Source: Lytechinus pictus (lineage: Eukaryota). From it: 64,000 bases of DNA. The notes under the pieces were generated by a model. The model was not told where the DNA came from. It made no database searches and saw only the letters and a list, made by a program, of their open reading frames with translations. This document shows positions 25,886-40,150 of the stretch, one piece after another (within the stretch, counting starts at the first letter, position 1; every line of letters begins with the position of its first letter). The DNA lies in the NCBI RefSeq assembly GCF_037042905.1, contig NC_087246.1:12214001-12278000 (forward strand). The letters are read 5' to 3'. The translations under genes and the position numbers were made by a program.

Positions 25886-26369
25886 ATGGCTTCATCTGGA
25901 CATGCTATAGGATTCCTGGTTGCTGTTATCGCCATTGCTGCATTCTACATCATTCCTGACTCTGACCCCAGGATTGTCCAATTACAGTCTCAGGTCAACA
26001 CCCTCACCTCTGAGGTCGTGGGTCTATTTTCTCGTGAAAATGTTGCAAAAGCGACCAGTCCAGAAAACGTTGAGGACTCTGGAAAACTGTTCACTGTGGA
26101 TTCACTGAAGGCATTTGATGGAAGCAAGAATAGCCCTGGACTTCACATAGCCATTATGGGGAAGGTCTTCGATGTCAGCAAGGGGGAGAAACACTATGGC
26201 CCAGGAGGGGGATACAGCTTTTTTGCTGGAAGGGACTGCTCCAAGGCTTATGTGTCTGGAGATTTCACTGAAGAAGGACTGATACCAGATGTAGTGGGGC
26301 TTACCCCTCAATATATGGTTGGCATTGATGATTGGGTCTCATTCTTTGAAAAAGAATACACTTATGTTG
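25886..26369 (+). CDS. CYB5D2: Neuferricin (cytochrome b5 domain-containing protein 2), coding exon 1
   Basis: N-terminal hydrophobic segment; MAPR-type cyt-b5 domain (IAIMGKVFDVSKGEKHYGPGGGYSFFAGRDCSKAYVSGDF); donor GTaaga at 26370 (phase 1). Confidence 0.93.
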
Positions 26370-26622
26370 GTAAGATTAAGATTATTGTGGGATTGTTCTT
26401 ATTTGTTTTTCTTTTTTACTTTGTTATTGATGGTTGTCCAGATTTTGCTATGGTTAAACCTTGATCTGTGTCAATTGTTGATCAAGATACACAAAGTTTA
26501 CCTATCAAAATAATAAATTTATGCTCAATCTTGAAAAAGTGTAAGCTTGTATAATGGTTGTCTGATGTTTTTTAAGTTGTTCAGTTTAAATTTTTACATA
26601 TCAACTTGTTTCTGTCAAACAG

Positions 26623-26809
26623 GAAAACTGATTGGTCACTTTTACGATGATCAGGGAGAGCCAACGCCCAACCTGAGGGCAGCGCACAAGGCCATTGAGG
26701 AAGGAAGGAAATTGAAATCAGATGAAGCTGATCACAGGAATAAGTATCCTCCATGCAACTCAGAATGGAAGCAATCATCAGGTTTAAGACTCTGGTGCTC
26801 AAATAGGAG
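26623..26809 (+). CDS. CYB5D2: Neuferricin, coding exon 2
   Basis: AG/GT-bounded 187-nt exon encoding GKLIGHFYDDQGEPT...YPPCNSEWKQSSGLRLWCSNR. Confidence 0.92.
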
Positions 26810-27559
26810 GTAAGATTAGCTGTAAGAACTTATCGATGATATTAAAATTTGGTATTTTCATCATGAAGCTATAAGGCTTTGGCTTGAATGGTGATTTTTT
26901 TAAAAAAACAAATCTCACTTATTGGGGTTATTCTCCACCTTTTTTGTAAAAAAGTACAGGGGATAGAATATGTATCAAACTTTTGACTACAAATTGTATT
27001 AAACGATTGAACACCTTATATGTGTATGCATGTTATCTTTGGGTTAGTGAAAAATGAACGAAAAAAAAAGTTTTCACAAGATAGGTAATCTGTGAGGCTA
27101 TTTTGGAGTTAAAGCCATTTTGTTATTTAGGAGGCAGCTCCATAACGGGATGTATATCATACATACTGATCATTCACATTGGAAAGAGAAGGATGTTCTA
27201 GTAAATGATTATGATAGGGTATGGTATCAAATGTGCACAGGTATTTTTTATGCTCATTGAAAATCAAACATGCTAATAAATGCCTTTGTGCTTCATGTTT
27301 TACAATGACAACAGGACAGAATTTCAGTACGGTAGTAGCTGCGACCATTGGAATATGGAAGGTGATATAAGACCACACCTTTGATCAATTAAAAATCACC
27401 TTTTTCATTTAAATCACACAAACATGACCTCGTTTTCAATCCAACTGGAAATCATCTCACGCGACTCTTTATGTCATGTATAATTATTGCAATGTCGGGA
27501 GTCTGAAAAACATATTATTTCCAATAAGAATATTGTATAATGTAATGATTATCAAATGT

Positions 27560-27729
27560 TTCAAGGCCCACGAAACAGGCATTGAGGACAATCAACGGGG
27601 CAACTTCTTAATCTAGTTTGATTATTAAATTGTGTATCAAGATAATATCTTGATACACAATTTAATAATCAAACTAGGTTAAGAAGTTGCCCCGTTGACT
27701 GTCATCAATGCCTGTTACATGGGCCTTGA
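27560..27729. repeat. Near-perfect 170-bp palindrome (foldback MITE) in a CYB5D2 intron
   Basis: TTCAAGGCCCA...TATCAAGATA-A-TATCTTGATA...TGGGCCTTGAA. Confidence 0.8.
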
Positions 27730-27995
27730 AGATATGTTTGATTGTGAGCATTGCAAGCTTGATTATTAAATTGTGTATGGAGATGTGTTTGATTGTGAGC
27801 CTTACAAAATCAACACTGCTACTGTATTGAATTACGTAATGCAGATGAAACAAGCTTGGGGAGTTCCACTCAGCTTTTTTTTTTCAATTAGACAATGTTT
27901 CAAGAAGAAAGGAATGTGTGCATGTAATATTGATACACCTTTTACATTATCCTGTATGTCTGTCTTTTTTTCCTGTCTTTGTCATACACATAAAG

Positions 27996-28161
27996 CGGAG
28001 GCATTTCACGAGATTGGATCGGTGTTCCTCGTAAGCTCTTCAACCCTGGTACCAACAAATGGCGCTGTGCCTGCATCAAAGAATCTGAGCTACACAACCC
28101 TCATCTCCGTCCCTATGACAACTGCCCTCCTTCATCTGCTTCCTGTGTTGGTGATGCCTGA
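27996..28161 (+). CDS. CYB5D2: Neuferricin, coding exon 3 (stop)
   Basis: SGGISRDWIGVPRKLFNPGTNKWRCACIKE...YDNCPPSSASCVGDA*; the joined CDS is 278 aa. Confidence 0.92.
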
Positions 28162-31100
28162 AAGAGATGTTCCTCATGATCTGGCTAGGGAGATGCATTT
28201 GTAAACAATTTTTACCCTAAATTATTTTGTTTTTCCATCATTAAAGTCATAAGGTAAATTGTTTCGCAGTCAAACATGTGTCTGTACATTATAAAGGGCA
28301 TCTCTCCCTTGACACTTTGAATTCTGTCATTTACGAAATGCCCATCTGTTTCATCAAGGATTTTACAAATGTACTCTTCTTATCAACTAATGAAATGGCA
28401 CCATTTTGGTTGCTTATCATGCCAGCTTTTAAAATGCTGTTCATAACAAGTTTTGTGAAACCGAGTCCTTTATCAAATTGAACAAATCTGTGCATTAACA
28501 AAATCATGCAAAAGCTGATTGCTAAGAGCTTTACAAAATCAAATTCTCCAAGTATTAAATTCAACTCATTCAAAATTGATTTTAGCTGTACGTGGATCAC
28601 TTTCCAATGCTCAAGCAATAAATCCAAGCATTGTTCCTCAGATTTAAGCATGAACAGTTTTAAGTTCTGTAAATTAAATCTCCATAGATTTTGGATTTGG
28701 AGTCATGATAAATAACTTATCATGAGCAAACTTAGTTTTTTAAATAAAAAAAATTATTGAAACTTTGGTGTTGGGTCCCAAAATATGATTATTGTAGGGT
28801 CAAGGTTATTTTTAAAAGGGCAATCTCAACTAGGGGCAAAGTGGCCTTGGATACCCCAAAATTTCAAGGGGCATCAAGGCCATTTTAAAGGGCATCTAAT
28901 TCTGGTCAAAAGGTCACCAAGGCCAAGTTGTCTAAAATGACAAGTAGCACAACATATCATCACAAGACTCTTCGGTATCAGAATTGTGCAATACACACAC
29001 CCTAACTTACAAATTGAACCTAGCTGAAACAAAAGTTTTTAACAGGATGTGGTATCGGGGCCAGGTCTTCCCTTAGAATTATGCTACCACTGATTGACAG
29101 CTGACTTGGCATAAAAGCTCCCTGGCTGGGGTTCTCAGTCTTGATCGTCCTCAGATCTTTGATTGTACTTGTTGAAAGGCTGAGCCACCAATCTCCTTGG
29201 CAACACTTAATGATTGAAAACTGTGGCATATTGGTTTAAGGGGTAAACTTGCCTGTTTTCTTAATTTTTCTCTTTTCCTGGCCTTGTCTATCACATTAGA
29301 CCACTTCTTTTTAATTTGTTCCACTGTTCAAAGAACAGATGGTTTTTTTCTTTGATTGCTTATAAAATGCCACACTTTACTTCTTTCATTGGTGGTTACA
29401 TATTATGGAATTGAAGTTCAAGACTAAACAAGTTGTTTTGTTTCTTACAAGTCTTGATGAAATGCTCTCTATATAACAATTAAGTGGGTCTTACTGTTCT
29501 TGCTCTCCTCTATGTTTGATGAGTTATGTGCCAGGATACTTTGCCAGTGATTGTCTTTTTTTCCATTTCAATCAAAATTGCCATAGGCATCTACCATTCA
29601 AAATATAATTATTTTATCATCAATTAGATTAGTACATATCTATTGACATCCAGAAAGTTGTCTTTCTTCCTTCAACCAATATTGATTTTTTAATTTCCAC
29701 TCTTGCATGCACAAGAAAAAAAGCTTGGAGATCTTTCAAAATTGAAAGCAAGTATCACCATTATTTCTCTTCTTCATTGATATCCACCGTAGTCTGATTC
29801 CTTACTCCATTTTGATTCATACATGAAGCGAGTCATCCTGGATGGATCGATTTCAACATGGAAACCTGGACCCTTTATTGATAGCCTACCATTATTTGTA
29901 ACAGAATTTTAAATGCAGTCTGTCCATCCTGCATATAATGCCTTCATAGGTATATCTGTAGGAAATATAATGTGACTATTTGAATAATAATCACCATTAC
30001 TTGGTCTGTATGAAAACAGGCATCTTTAGGAAGCATACTGTAATGCACCTACACTTTCCAATTTCATACACGCCAAATGTCACCATTTGCTTAATCTCTT
30101 ACACGCCAAACCTTGCTGTATGCTCACACGCTACATGCATTCACAATTGATTCATGCTAAATAACAATCTTTCATGCTAAATAACAATCTTTCTCAAATG
30201 GTTTCAAGTTCAAAGTTAACAGTTTATTTAATAATTATGACACATTCAGATGGTGAATAAGAACAATTAAGGATATGCGTCATTTTACCAATTAATCTGG
30301 ATTTCTGACAGCTATCTGTGATTCTGATTTTCTCTGTTGAAGCTTGTATTCTTCCCGCACTTCTTTTATGTAGTGCGCCCTTTTAGGCAAGAATCTTCAG
30401 GCGCTACAATATGATAATCACTTCCTGACGTAAATGACATTGTTCTGAGACAAGAAGCAATTTGATTATACTGTATATCAATGGAATATGGGTTTTTGAT
30501 GATTATTTTTTTTAATCAGTTTACCATGGACCTAGTAGGGCCATACCTGTACCTACCTGTAATATAAAAGAAAGTTATATGTTCTGGTAGGTGCGAAGTT
30601 AAGGACTGCCTTTTACATTTTCCAGATAAATCTGGATTTTTTTTTCTTCAAAGGTGTAAGTGCAGTTTGTATTGAAATATACATGTATGCCCTACACTAG
30701 TTTCTTATCACCAGCCATTTTCTAGCGGTGGAAATTTTGATATGACATCCATATCTCTCTCTTAATTTTCTCTCTGGATTGACAGCACAACTCTATTTAG
30801 TATCAAATTTCATAAAGTTTCCATTTTTACTTGAAAAATTAATGACAGTTAGATGGGGTTGATATTAATACTGTGCTTGTTGAAATACTTGAGAGATGGA
30901 AAGCTCCAACACTTGAAACACATATGTTTTTAATCTCCACTGAGAATGAAAGTATTTAAGAACTCGTAGTAAGAGGCCATTTATCTTCAGCGCTTGTTTT
31001 ATATTTCATGTTTAACATGTATGGACAGGTTTGATTACATGTATCCAAGTGCAATATAAAGTATAATAATACTCAGATAAATGCAGTACAAACTGATATT

Positions 31101-32154
31101 CTTGAAGATATTTTTTTCTCTTTATTTGCAAATGTACTTTTTTTCACATCAAAACCACAGTCCACTCTAACAACAAATTCACTTTTAAATAAATGAATGA
31201 TATTAAACAAATGTAGGCTGCAGCTTCCAAACATGCCTTGTCAGTGTCTTGCAGGAAAAAAACTTGTAACATAGATATAATGCAAGACTTTAAACTTAAC
31301 TGAAACCACTTGCATTGTTTAGTTCAATACTTTAGCAATCATTTCTATGTCAGATGTGCAGCTGTCTTTGGTTATATGAACTTCTCACTTATATGTGTAC
31401 CTGTGTTTTTAGTTTTCAGCTGTTTCACATCTTTCGTGCAAACTGACTTTGATATCTAGCTTGGATCTTTTGTTTAATGAGTTTGTTTTTTTTGGATGAT
31501 GTTGACCTTTTCCTCAAAGGTTACACAAGCTGCTTTATCTGGGCTATATGTTTGATCTTTTTTTTAATGCTCCGAGAATTTGATATTCATTCTATTGAAT
31601 TCCAGATGTACTTTTAGAGCTGGGTGTGATTCTTGAATTCTTGAGTTTAGATTATTTCTCATGATTTCTGTGCCTATCTTCGAAGTTAGCCCCCTCCAGT
31701 CTGAAACAATGTCTTTTTATTGTTATTCTTATCAATTTTGTATAATTTCTAAACTTCTCTGCCATAAAAAATAATTGGTTGTCTGATTTACTTACCTGGC
31801 TAGCAAATAGAGTTGATATTACATTGTAATTGGTGTATCTATTATGCAAATAGGACAATCCGACATAGCAAACAAACATTTGGAGGTCGGGAGTTCACCT
31901 CGTTTTGCAGCCATTCGATTCTCTTCATTAAAAGCTGTCACAATCTCCATTGAAGCTTTGTAGCTCCTATTGTTCTTTCTACAATCTGGTGAAGTTTCAT
32001 AGCGTCCAGATTGTAGCGTTCTTCTCTGTTTTGGGTTTTGTTTACTACTCAGTGATTTACAGATGGATGCAGATGTGGTAAGCTGAGTCTCTTAGGATAA
32101 TATAGTTATCAGGCAGATTATCCAGGAATGACATGAAATTCTTGCTCCATTTTT

Positions 32155-33120
32155 GTCTCACCTGCATAGCAGAGTGAGACTATAGGCGCCGCTTTTCCGA
32201 CGGCGACGGCGGCGGCGGCGGCGGCGACGGCGGCGTCAACACCAAATCTTAACCTGAGGTTAAGTTTTTTAAATGACAGCATAACTTAGAAAGTATATGG
32301 ACCTAGTTCATGAAACTTGGCCATAAGGTTAATCAAGTATTACTGAACATCCTGCCTGAGTTTCATGTCACATGACCAAGGTCAAAGGTCATTTAGGGTC
32401 AATGAACTTAGACCATGTTGGGGGAATCAACATCAAAATCTTAACCTAAGGTTAAGTTTTTGAAATGTCATCATAACTTAGAAAATATATGGACCTAGTT
32501 CATGAAACTTATACATAAGGTTAATCAAGTATCACTGAACATCCTGCTTGAGTTTCACATCACATGACCAAGGTCAAAGGTCATTTAGGGTCAATGAACT
32601 TTGGCCGAATTGGGGGTATCTGTTGAATTACCATCATAACTTTGAAAGTTTATGGATCTGATTCATGAAACTTGGACATAATAGTAATCAAGTATTACTG
32701 AACATCCTGTGCAAGTTTCAGGTCACATGATCAAGGTCAAAGGTCATTTAGGGTCAATGAACTTTGGCCAAATTGGGGTATTTGTTGAATTACAGCCATA
32801 AATTTGAAAGTGTGTTGGTCTAGTTCATAAAACTTGGACATAATAGTAATCGAGTATCACTAAACATCCTGTGCGAGTTTCAGGTCACATGATCAAGGTC
32901 AAAGATCATGTAAGGTCAAAGAACTTTGGCCACGTTGGGGGTATTTGTTGAATTGCCATCATATCTCTATGAGTGTATTGGTCTAGTTCATAAAACGTGG
33001 AAATAAGAGTAACCAAGTATCACTGAACATCTTGTGCGAGTTATAGTAGTTTTCAAAATCAGCACTGCTGCTATATTGAATCGCGTGATGCAGGTGAGAC
33101 GGCCAGAGGCATTCCACTTG
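32155..33120 (+). mobile_element. Helentron-associated non-autonomous element (HINE; Tsp/pearl/DINE-1-type architecture)
   Basis: Subterminal IR GTCTCACCTGCAT / ATGCAGGTGAGAC, short 5' IR, (GGC)n microsatellite, about 4.5 tandem units of 162-192 bp, T-rich insertion site; diverged copy at about 58350-59020. Confidence 0.75.
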
Positions 33121-35523
33121 TTTTTATCATGTGTTGCTCCATATATAACAACAAACATCAAATGGAATAACATAATAATCACATAGAGCAGATATAACAC
33201 CACAAAATAGAGCATATATCATAAAATACAACAAATGTAACATGTAACATTCCAGTATCAGTCAAATATGAAAATATACAGCAAACCTTACATTATACAA
33301 CAAACAAAATAGAATTCATCAAATGTGCATGTCCGTCTACACCAACATCTGGAATTTAATCCATTATATTTCTTTTTCATGAGCAAATCTGTCAACACCA
33401 TGTCTCCGCATTTGGTGATTAGATACCTAGAATTTATACACTTTCTCTTTGGTATGCCAGTTGGTACTGTCTCCTCTCCTGCTTAAACCATATAAGGTTT
33501 ATTTTTCTCTTAATCCATACTGGTTGTATGCTAATATCATTTTATTCACATTGATGGATATGAATAGTTTGCTCTACCAATTTCCTCTTATTACTACCTT
33601 CCTTTGGGATTGTAACATCATTTTAGTTTGAGGTTAACTGAAGATTTTAACCTTTCAGTACTGTTTCAAATGACAAAACATTTTGTTTTTTTGATAATAG
33701 CCTCAAATTCTCTCTTTACAGCTTCATCATTTCACCTCCTACCCAGAACTTCTAGTTAATCTATCTTGGTTACAAACCACTAAACATGTTTCAGAACTGT
33801 CTGTGAACATAGAAAGTTTGATATTGGTAATCCATTTATTTCAATCCTGTTTATTATTTGAAATTTAGTTCATCTTTGCCTTCTCTTCCAATTTTGATTG
33901 GTGCTTGCTATTAATTGACCTTTACATTCAGACTGTTTCAGAAATCTCTTGATCTTATTTCAACCATTTGACCATTTTGACCTAGAGCCAATTTGATGAA
34001 GACTCAAGGATTACACTTTGCCATTATGGAAACCTTTATTTTTGTTAGCTACTTTGTTTTTCACTTTCTTGCCTCAAAAGATCAGGGTTCATTTTCAATA
34101 GTCAGGAACTTTTGTCTTGATTTCTGTTCATTTGTCCTTTGCCTCTCTTAACCCTCCACCTGGAGTTGGTCGTGCTCTTTCCTCCCTTTTCTTATTTCTT
34201 AACATTCCTTTCCATCAATGCAATATTATTTTTTACATGCCCAATGCATGCCACCCATGATTGTGGCATCTTGCCACTCGGTTGTTACTTAATAATTGAA
34301 TGGACTTTTTCCTGATATAGGTTGTACTGCAAGAAAAAAAAACTGCATGAGGAATCCACACTCTGTACAAGTATTCTGCCTTAATTTGACAAATGGAAGT
34401 AAGTGACATAATCAAAATTGAAGTTTTGACATGTTTTCATTTTACAAATTAAGTTTCACTTCAGTGCCAACTTTTATTTTATAAAATATAAAAAATACTT
34501 CCCCTGCTTGCTATGAAATATTGTTAGTTTAACCATCATGCCAATGCATTGGTGAATTCTATGTGATCTATGTGAATTACCAACACATTTTGCTCGTTTA
34601 CAAGAAAATACACTTTCTTTTGTCAAAGTGGTGCAGCATTTGTTCTTAGTTGATCCTTCTAGTTCATCAAAGATTACATTTGATTTGTAGATTATATTTC
34701 ATATATGTTTTAGGTTATGTAGGTGTATATGTATAAGATTATGGAGTCTATATTGGCATACTTTTATTTTTTTTCTAATTTATTTGTTTTTAATGAATTC
34801 CAGAATTTTGAAATTATTGTTAATAGTAATATTGATCAGAAGAGAAAGATTTGAGGCTTTAAGTTCAGTCAGAATGCTGCTGGATTCAAGTAAACCAAAG
34901 GTTTACATTTTGTTAATGTAAATCAGATTGATGTCAAGGTAAACACACACAAAAAAATGTGACCTTGAGTTTTCCTTGGATTCATCCCTGTTTACTACAA
35001 AACAAGATGGTAATGAATATTTTGCTTCAACATGGCTTTACATGTGTATGTACATATTGCTTTTTCAATTTTTCATGAATTCGTCATAAGTTAACGCAAT
35101 AAGCTATTATTCAATTTCTTTGTTATTGATAAATATTTGATATCGATTATCATAAAGTGTTCTTTTTCATACTTTGCCTCAATGCCAGTACTTAAGAAAT
35201 GTACAGTTTTTTATAATAAAGATATCATACAATGATAATATCTTTGTTTAATTTTGTTTGTTTGTTATGTTGATACATGAGTTCTAATTTGTCAAATGAA
35301 TTCACATTTTATCACAGCAGTAAATACAAAGAGAAAACTCCTTTTAAAGAAAGTTTTATAATTTAAAAAATTACTTAAGAAAAAAGGTATTTTCAAGCTT
35401 ACTTTTCCTACCAACGGTAATGAAACTCCAAGTAATGTATTTTTTTTCATTATGATAAATTATGAAACTTAATATAGACCGTCCTACATATTTATTAATT
35501 TCAGGAACAACCCTACTTCTACT

Positions 35524-36045
35524 AATTTCTATTTCTGTACAGAGTGCATATTTTTCTGGGGGGGGGGGTGCATACAAGGGTAAGTCACAGTGGCAATTGC
35601 CTTTATGGTTTTTCAATTAGTGTAGGAAACATACAATCCCCCCCCCCCCTTGTAGCCTGAATTAACCATGGATGTCCAAAAACCTCATTCTTTTGAAAGA
35701 CTATTTTTCCCGAAAATAACCTCCAATTCTGTCACTAGAATGACAGAGAAAGAATCTTTTGTTCTAAACATGTTTGAAAGGCTGTGAAAGTTATGAAGCT
35801 TTTAGTTTTGTGCATTACCTAGTTGCGGGATGTGCACAAAAAATAGCCCATGAAATACAAAAAATATCCCAAATATGTTATTAATAGCCACAAACAAATT
35901 AGTTCCTTCCAAGTTTTCACGCAGTGTAAAGAAAATAAGAACAAGGGAGAGTGAAAATAAAAGTTAGAGAAATAGCTTTGTCTTATATCATTTGTCGTTA
36001 AAAGTAAATCAAACTCACCCTGAGGTCATCTAAACATCTTTATAG
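35524..36045 (+). repeat. Dispersed repeat of about 520 bp, second copy at 63494-64000
   Basis: Colinear near-identity beginning ATTTCTATTTCTGTACAGAGTGCATA. Confidence 0.85.
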
Positions 36046-36091
36046 AAATACCCTAATGCCGCCCCTGTTCATTGTAACTTAACAATAAAGA

Positions 36092-36383
36092 TTTTTGCAT
36101 TTACTGCGGAGCCGCTCTCAGCAACGCACCAATTCCTTTGACAAAGCAAGTCAAATCGAGCTGCAGGCTTTTGTCGAAAGTTGGTGGACCAGGACATTAG
36201 CGTAGTCTCTTGGCTCTGGACGACATATTTGCCATTGTTCGTCCGGTGCAAATCTTCAGATGATCTGCTGTCCGAGTCCACCCACTTTCGACAAAAGCCT
36301 CTCGGCTCTCCGTTGTGATTTGACTTGCATTTTCAAATGAATTTGTTGCGTTGTAGAGAGCGGCTCCGTAGTAAATGCGAAAA
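36092..36383. mobile_element. Foldback MITE
   Basis: TTTTTGCATTTACTGCGGAGCCGCTCTC ... GAGAGCGGCTCCGTAGTAAATGCGAAAA with further internal inverted segments. Confidence 0.65.
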
Positions 36384-37219
36384 CTGTCATAATATCAATG
36401 TGCAACAAAAAGGAAATCTGTCAAACCTAACATTTCAAATATGATTTCATTTCCATAATCATAATACAAAGTGATGTAAATTGGATACAATTTTACAGAT
36501 GAACATTCTTATCTCGTAAAAAAAAGGATAGAATTTAGCATAAATGGAAATGAGGGGGTCCACTAAAAGCAAATCTTGTAAAGTGTTGATCCCCTTGAAA
36601 ATGAAAAAAAAAAAGGAAATTGTCGACTTAATCATATAAAATTGTCGACTTAATCATAATCATATTAATAATGACTAAAATAAATGGAGAGGGAAATTTC
36701 AGCCAGAAGTCACTGGATCTCACATGCTAACAAGCTACAGTGATGCTCAAAAGTATAGTGAGCCCCAAAGAATACAAAACATGTATAAAGTGTTCAAGTT
36801 TTGTGAAGTCCGGATAAAAATTACATTCAATAAAGGTTTCTTTATCTGGGCTCGCCGAACATTTAATTTGTAGTAATGTTGTCTACACTCATCATGGAGG
36901 AGTGCATTTTATGGTGGGGTTCACTATATTTTTAGCACAACTGTGTACATAATATGATAATTCAAAAGTGCTTATGACAAATTATCAGTTCATTCAAAGA
37001 ACATCTTGTTCGAATAATTCTATTTTTTACGTTAACAAAAAACGGTAACGTTACCATGCATGCCTATTTCCGATGAATAATTAAAATAATAATGGGATTC
37101 TTTTAATTCTTTACCCTTCCCCATCCTACCAAATTCACCCTCTCTATAGCCCTACTAACGTGACTAAGGTATTTTTCGAGGTCTGAATCTCAACGTCAAA
37201 AATTTGTCATCACCCCTCT

Positions 37220-37368
37220 TCAGTCATATGGTGAAGGTGTAACTTCTTCAATCATGATATGGCTTGCGCTATTCCAGCCGGTATAGCAGTCGTAGGTCCC
37301 ATAGCCACTACACGCTCCTACACTGAATCCGACTGTCACACTTCCAGTTCCTATCCCAGAGCAATAAC
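37220..37368 (-). CDS. CTHRC1: CTHRC1-like protein, last coding exon
   Basis: GYCSGIGTGSVTVGFSVGACSGYGTYDCYTGWNSASHIMIEEVTPSPYD*, matching the CTHRC1 C-terminus (GLCEGIGAG...TGWNSVSRIIIEE); acceptor tttctcAG. Confidence 0.88.
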
Positions 37369-37547
37369 CTGAGAAATCGAGGATAAAACATTTCTCGTGA
37401 GGTAAACTTTTTTAATGGCGGTTGAAAATGTTACTTGAATAGTTCGCATAATTGTTATTCCATGCAAGCATTTGACCGAAAAAAATAATACAGACATTGA
37501 TACCTAATAAAATAGCAATGTTCCGTAGTAAACTATATAAGAATTAA

Positions 37548-38768
37548 AGGGGAATCCAACCCAATGTTTAGGAAAATGAAATATCAGACAAGTTGATAAG
37601 TGAAAGTTTGAAAAATATCGGACAAACAATTAGAAAGTTCTAAATATTTAAAAGTTGTAAATATTGGTAATCACTATACCCATGGAGACTTCAAATTGGC
37701 CGTATATGTGATGTCATAGTGATGTAAGGCAAGGACTAATCTTTCGTGTACTCCAATACATAAAATGGCTAAAATTTCATTTTCCCAAAAAGTTTTACTT
37801 CAAATTATATCTTTCTTTTATGAGGACATAAAACAATATACTACCTGGGTTATATTAAGATTACTGCCCCAGGGGAATGGGTTCCTAGGAGAAAACCACA
37901 AATCCCTGATTATTAAAGGTTAAGTCCACCCCTGAAAAATGTTGATTTGAATAAATAGAGAAAATCAAGCAAGTATAACGCTGAAAATTTCATCAAAATC
38001 GGATGTAAAATAAGAAAGTTATGGAATTTTAAAGTTTTGCTTATTTTTCACAAAACTGTGATATGCACAATTAGGTGAGTCAGTCGATGATGTCCATCAC
38101 TCACTATTTCTTTTGTTTTTTAGTGTTTGAATTATACAATTGTTAATTTTTTACAGATTTGACAATAAGGACCAACTTGACTGAACCATATAAAACAATG
38201 CTATCTACACATGTTCAGGAAGGAATTAATCATTGTTTCACTTGACAATGAGGAGAAAATTAGAATATTTCATATAATAAAACACAAAAGAAATAGTGAG
38301 TGGATGACGTCATCAGTCTCCTCATTTGCATACCGGCCAGGATGTGAATAGAACTGTTTTGTGAAATTAAGCGAAACTTTAAAATGTAATAACTTTCTTA
38401 TTTTACATCCGATTTTGATGAAATTTTCAGTGTTATGCTTTTTGGATTTTTCTCTTTTTATTCAAATCAACTTTTTGTTGGGGGTGAACTTGTCCTTTAA
38501 CTCTATGGCCTATGGGAAAGTTGTCCTTGCCCCTTGTCATAATTTACCAAAGAGATATATTACTACTAGTAGTTATATATCTCTATGTAATTTACTTACC
38601 CATTTGCCAATTTTAAATCTACAAAGTCTTAGTGATCTCAATTTTAAAGCAGCTATAACTTTCTTATTGCTTGTCCGATTTCTTTCAAACTTTCATCATT
38701 CTGTTTAATTTATTTTTCTCCTTTCCAACACAACATCCCCCCACAAAAAAAAAGAATACTTTCCCCTA
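37548..38768. mobile_element. MITE family B copy 2 with MITE family A copy 3 (37917-38496) nested at an internal TTAA
   Basis: Host sequence homologous to 11565-12160 resumes after the insert; TTAA on both sides of the insert. Confidence 0.75.
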
Positions 38769-39155
38769 CATAATATATAGCATAGTGGCTGTTGAGATTA
38801 GGAGCACTGATGTTTTCCGTGTTTTTCTGGAGCACACTTCTTTCCATGGAACTTTGGTCAGTTCGTTCTTGACCTTTGAAAATATTATTAATGTAGGCCT
38901 ACACCCAAAACTATCCCTTCTGACCATTATATTTGACACTTAGAAATGATCTGATTGTCTCACCACCCATTGTGACATCTTCTTGTTTTTTGTAAAATGT
39001 GTAGGCCTATTTTTGCACTGGCTTTAATATACCAGACTTGACGGCACTCAGGGGTGGGGTTCTGGTTGTCGCGTCAACCCCCATGGTTCTTTTTATAAAA
39101 GTGGTCGATTCACACCCGGGATTCTCATCTAAAATTATATTCCGAACGCAAGATC

Positions 39156-39650
39156 AGGGGAGCGTTTCATCAACATTTATGTCCGACAAGTTGTCAGATC
39201 TGACAACTTTCCTTGATTCTGATTGGCTGGAAGGCACAGTTACTATGGTAACTGTCGGATAAAACAAATTTTGTCAGATAAAACGTCCGACAAGTCATTC
39301 CATGAAACGCTCCCCATGGGGCCATTTCATGAAAGTACTTTTCGAACGTTTTATCCGACAAAGCCTATTTTATCCCATGTATGGTCACCATAACAGTGCG
39401 TCCTAGCCAATCAAAATCAAGGAAAGTTCAAAGTTGTTTGATTCGACAACATGTCGGACGAAATGTTGATGAAACGCTCCCCAGGCCGGAGCGTTTCAGG
39501 GCGTTTCATTACAGGACCTGTCAGGCGTTTTATCCGACAGTAACCTTAGTAACTATGCTTTTCAGCCAATCAAAATCTAGAAAATTTACTGTTGTCTGAT
39601 TCGACAACTTGACAGATGAAAATGTTGATGAACCGCTCCACAGGGCCCCG
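39156..39650. repeat. Cluster of about three related palindromic MITE units
   Basis: Repeated GGGAGCGTTTCATC / GATGAAACGCTCCCC ends with TCCGACA and AGCCAATCA internal motifs. Confidence 0.55.
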
Positions 39651-39730
39651 TAATATAAAGATTGTGAGTGTGATTTATATGATTGATTGCACTGAGTATA
39701 GTGTGTATAAATCGGCACAGGTTGTAACTA

Positions 39731-40150
<420 letters not shown>

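Noticed and set aside
26370-26464. Hydrophobic C-terminal tail of the 192-aa ORF
   Set aside because: Read-through into the intron after the GTaaga donor; neuferricin homology continues in the next exon
28331-32150. Short coding-looking minus-strand stretches (possible decayed gene or viral insert)
   Set aside because: No recognisable motif and frequent stops; a blastx search would be needed to revive the idea
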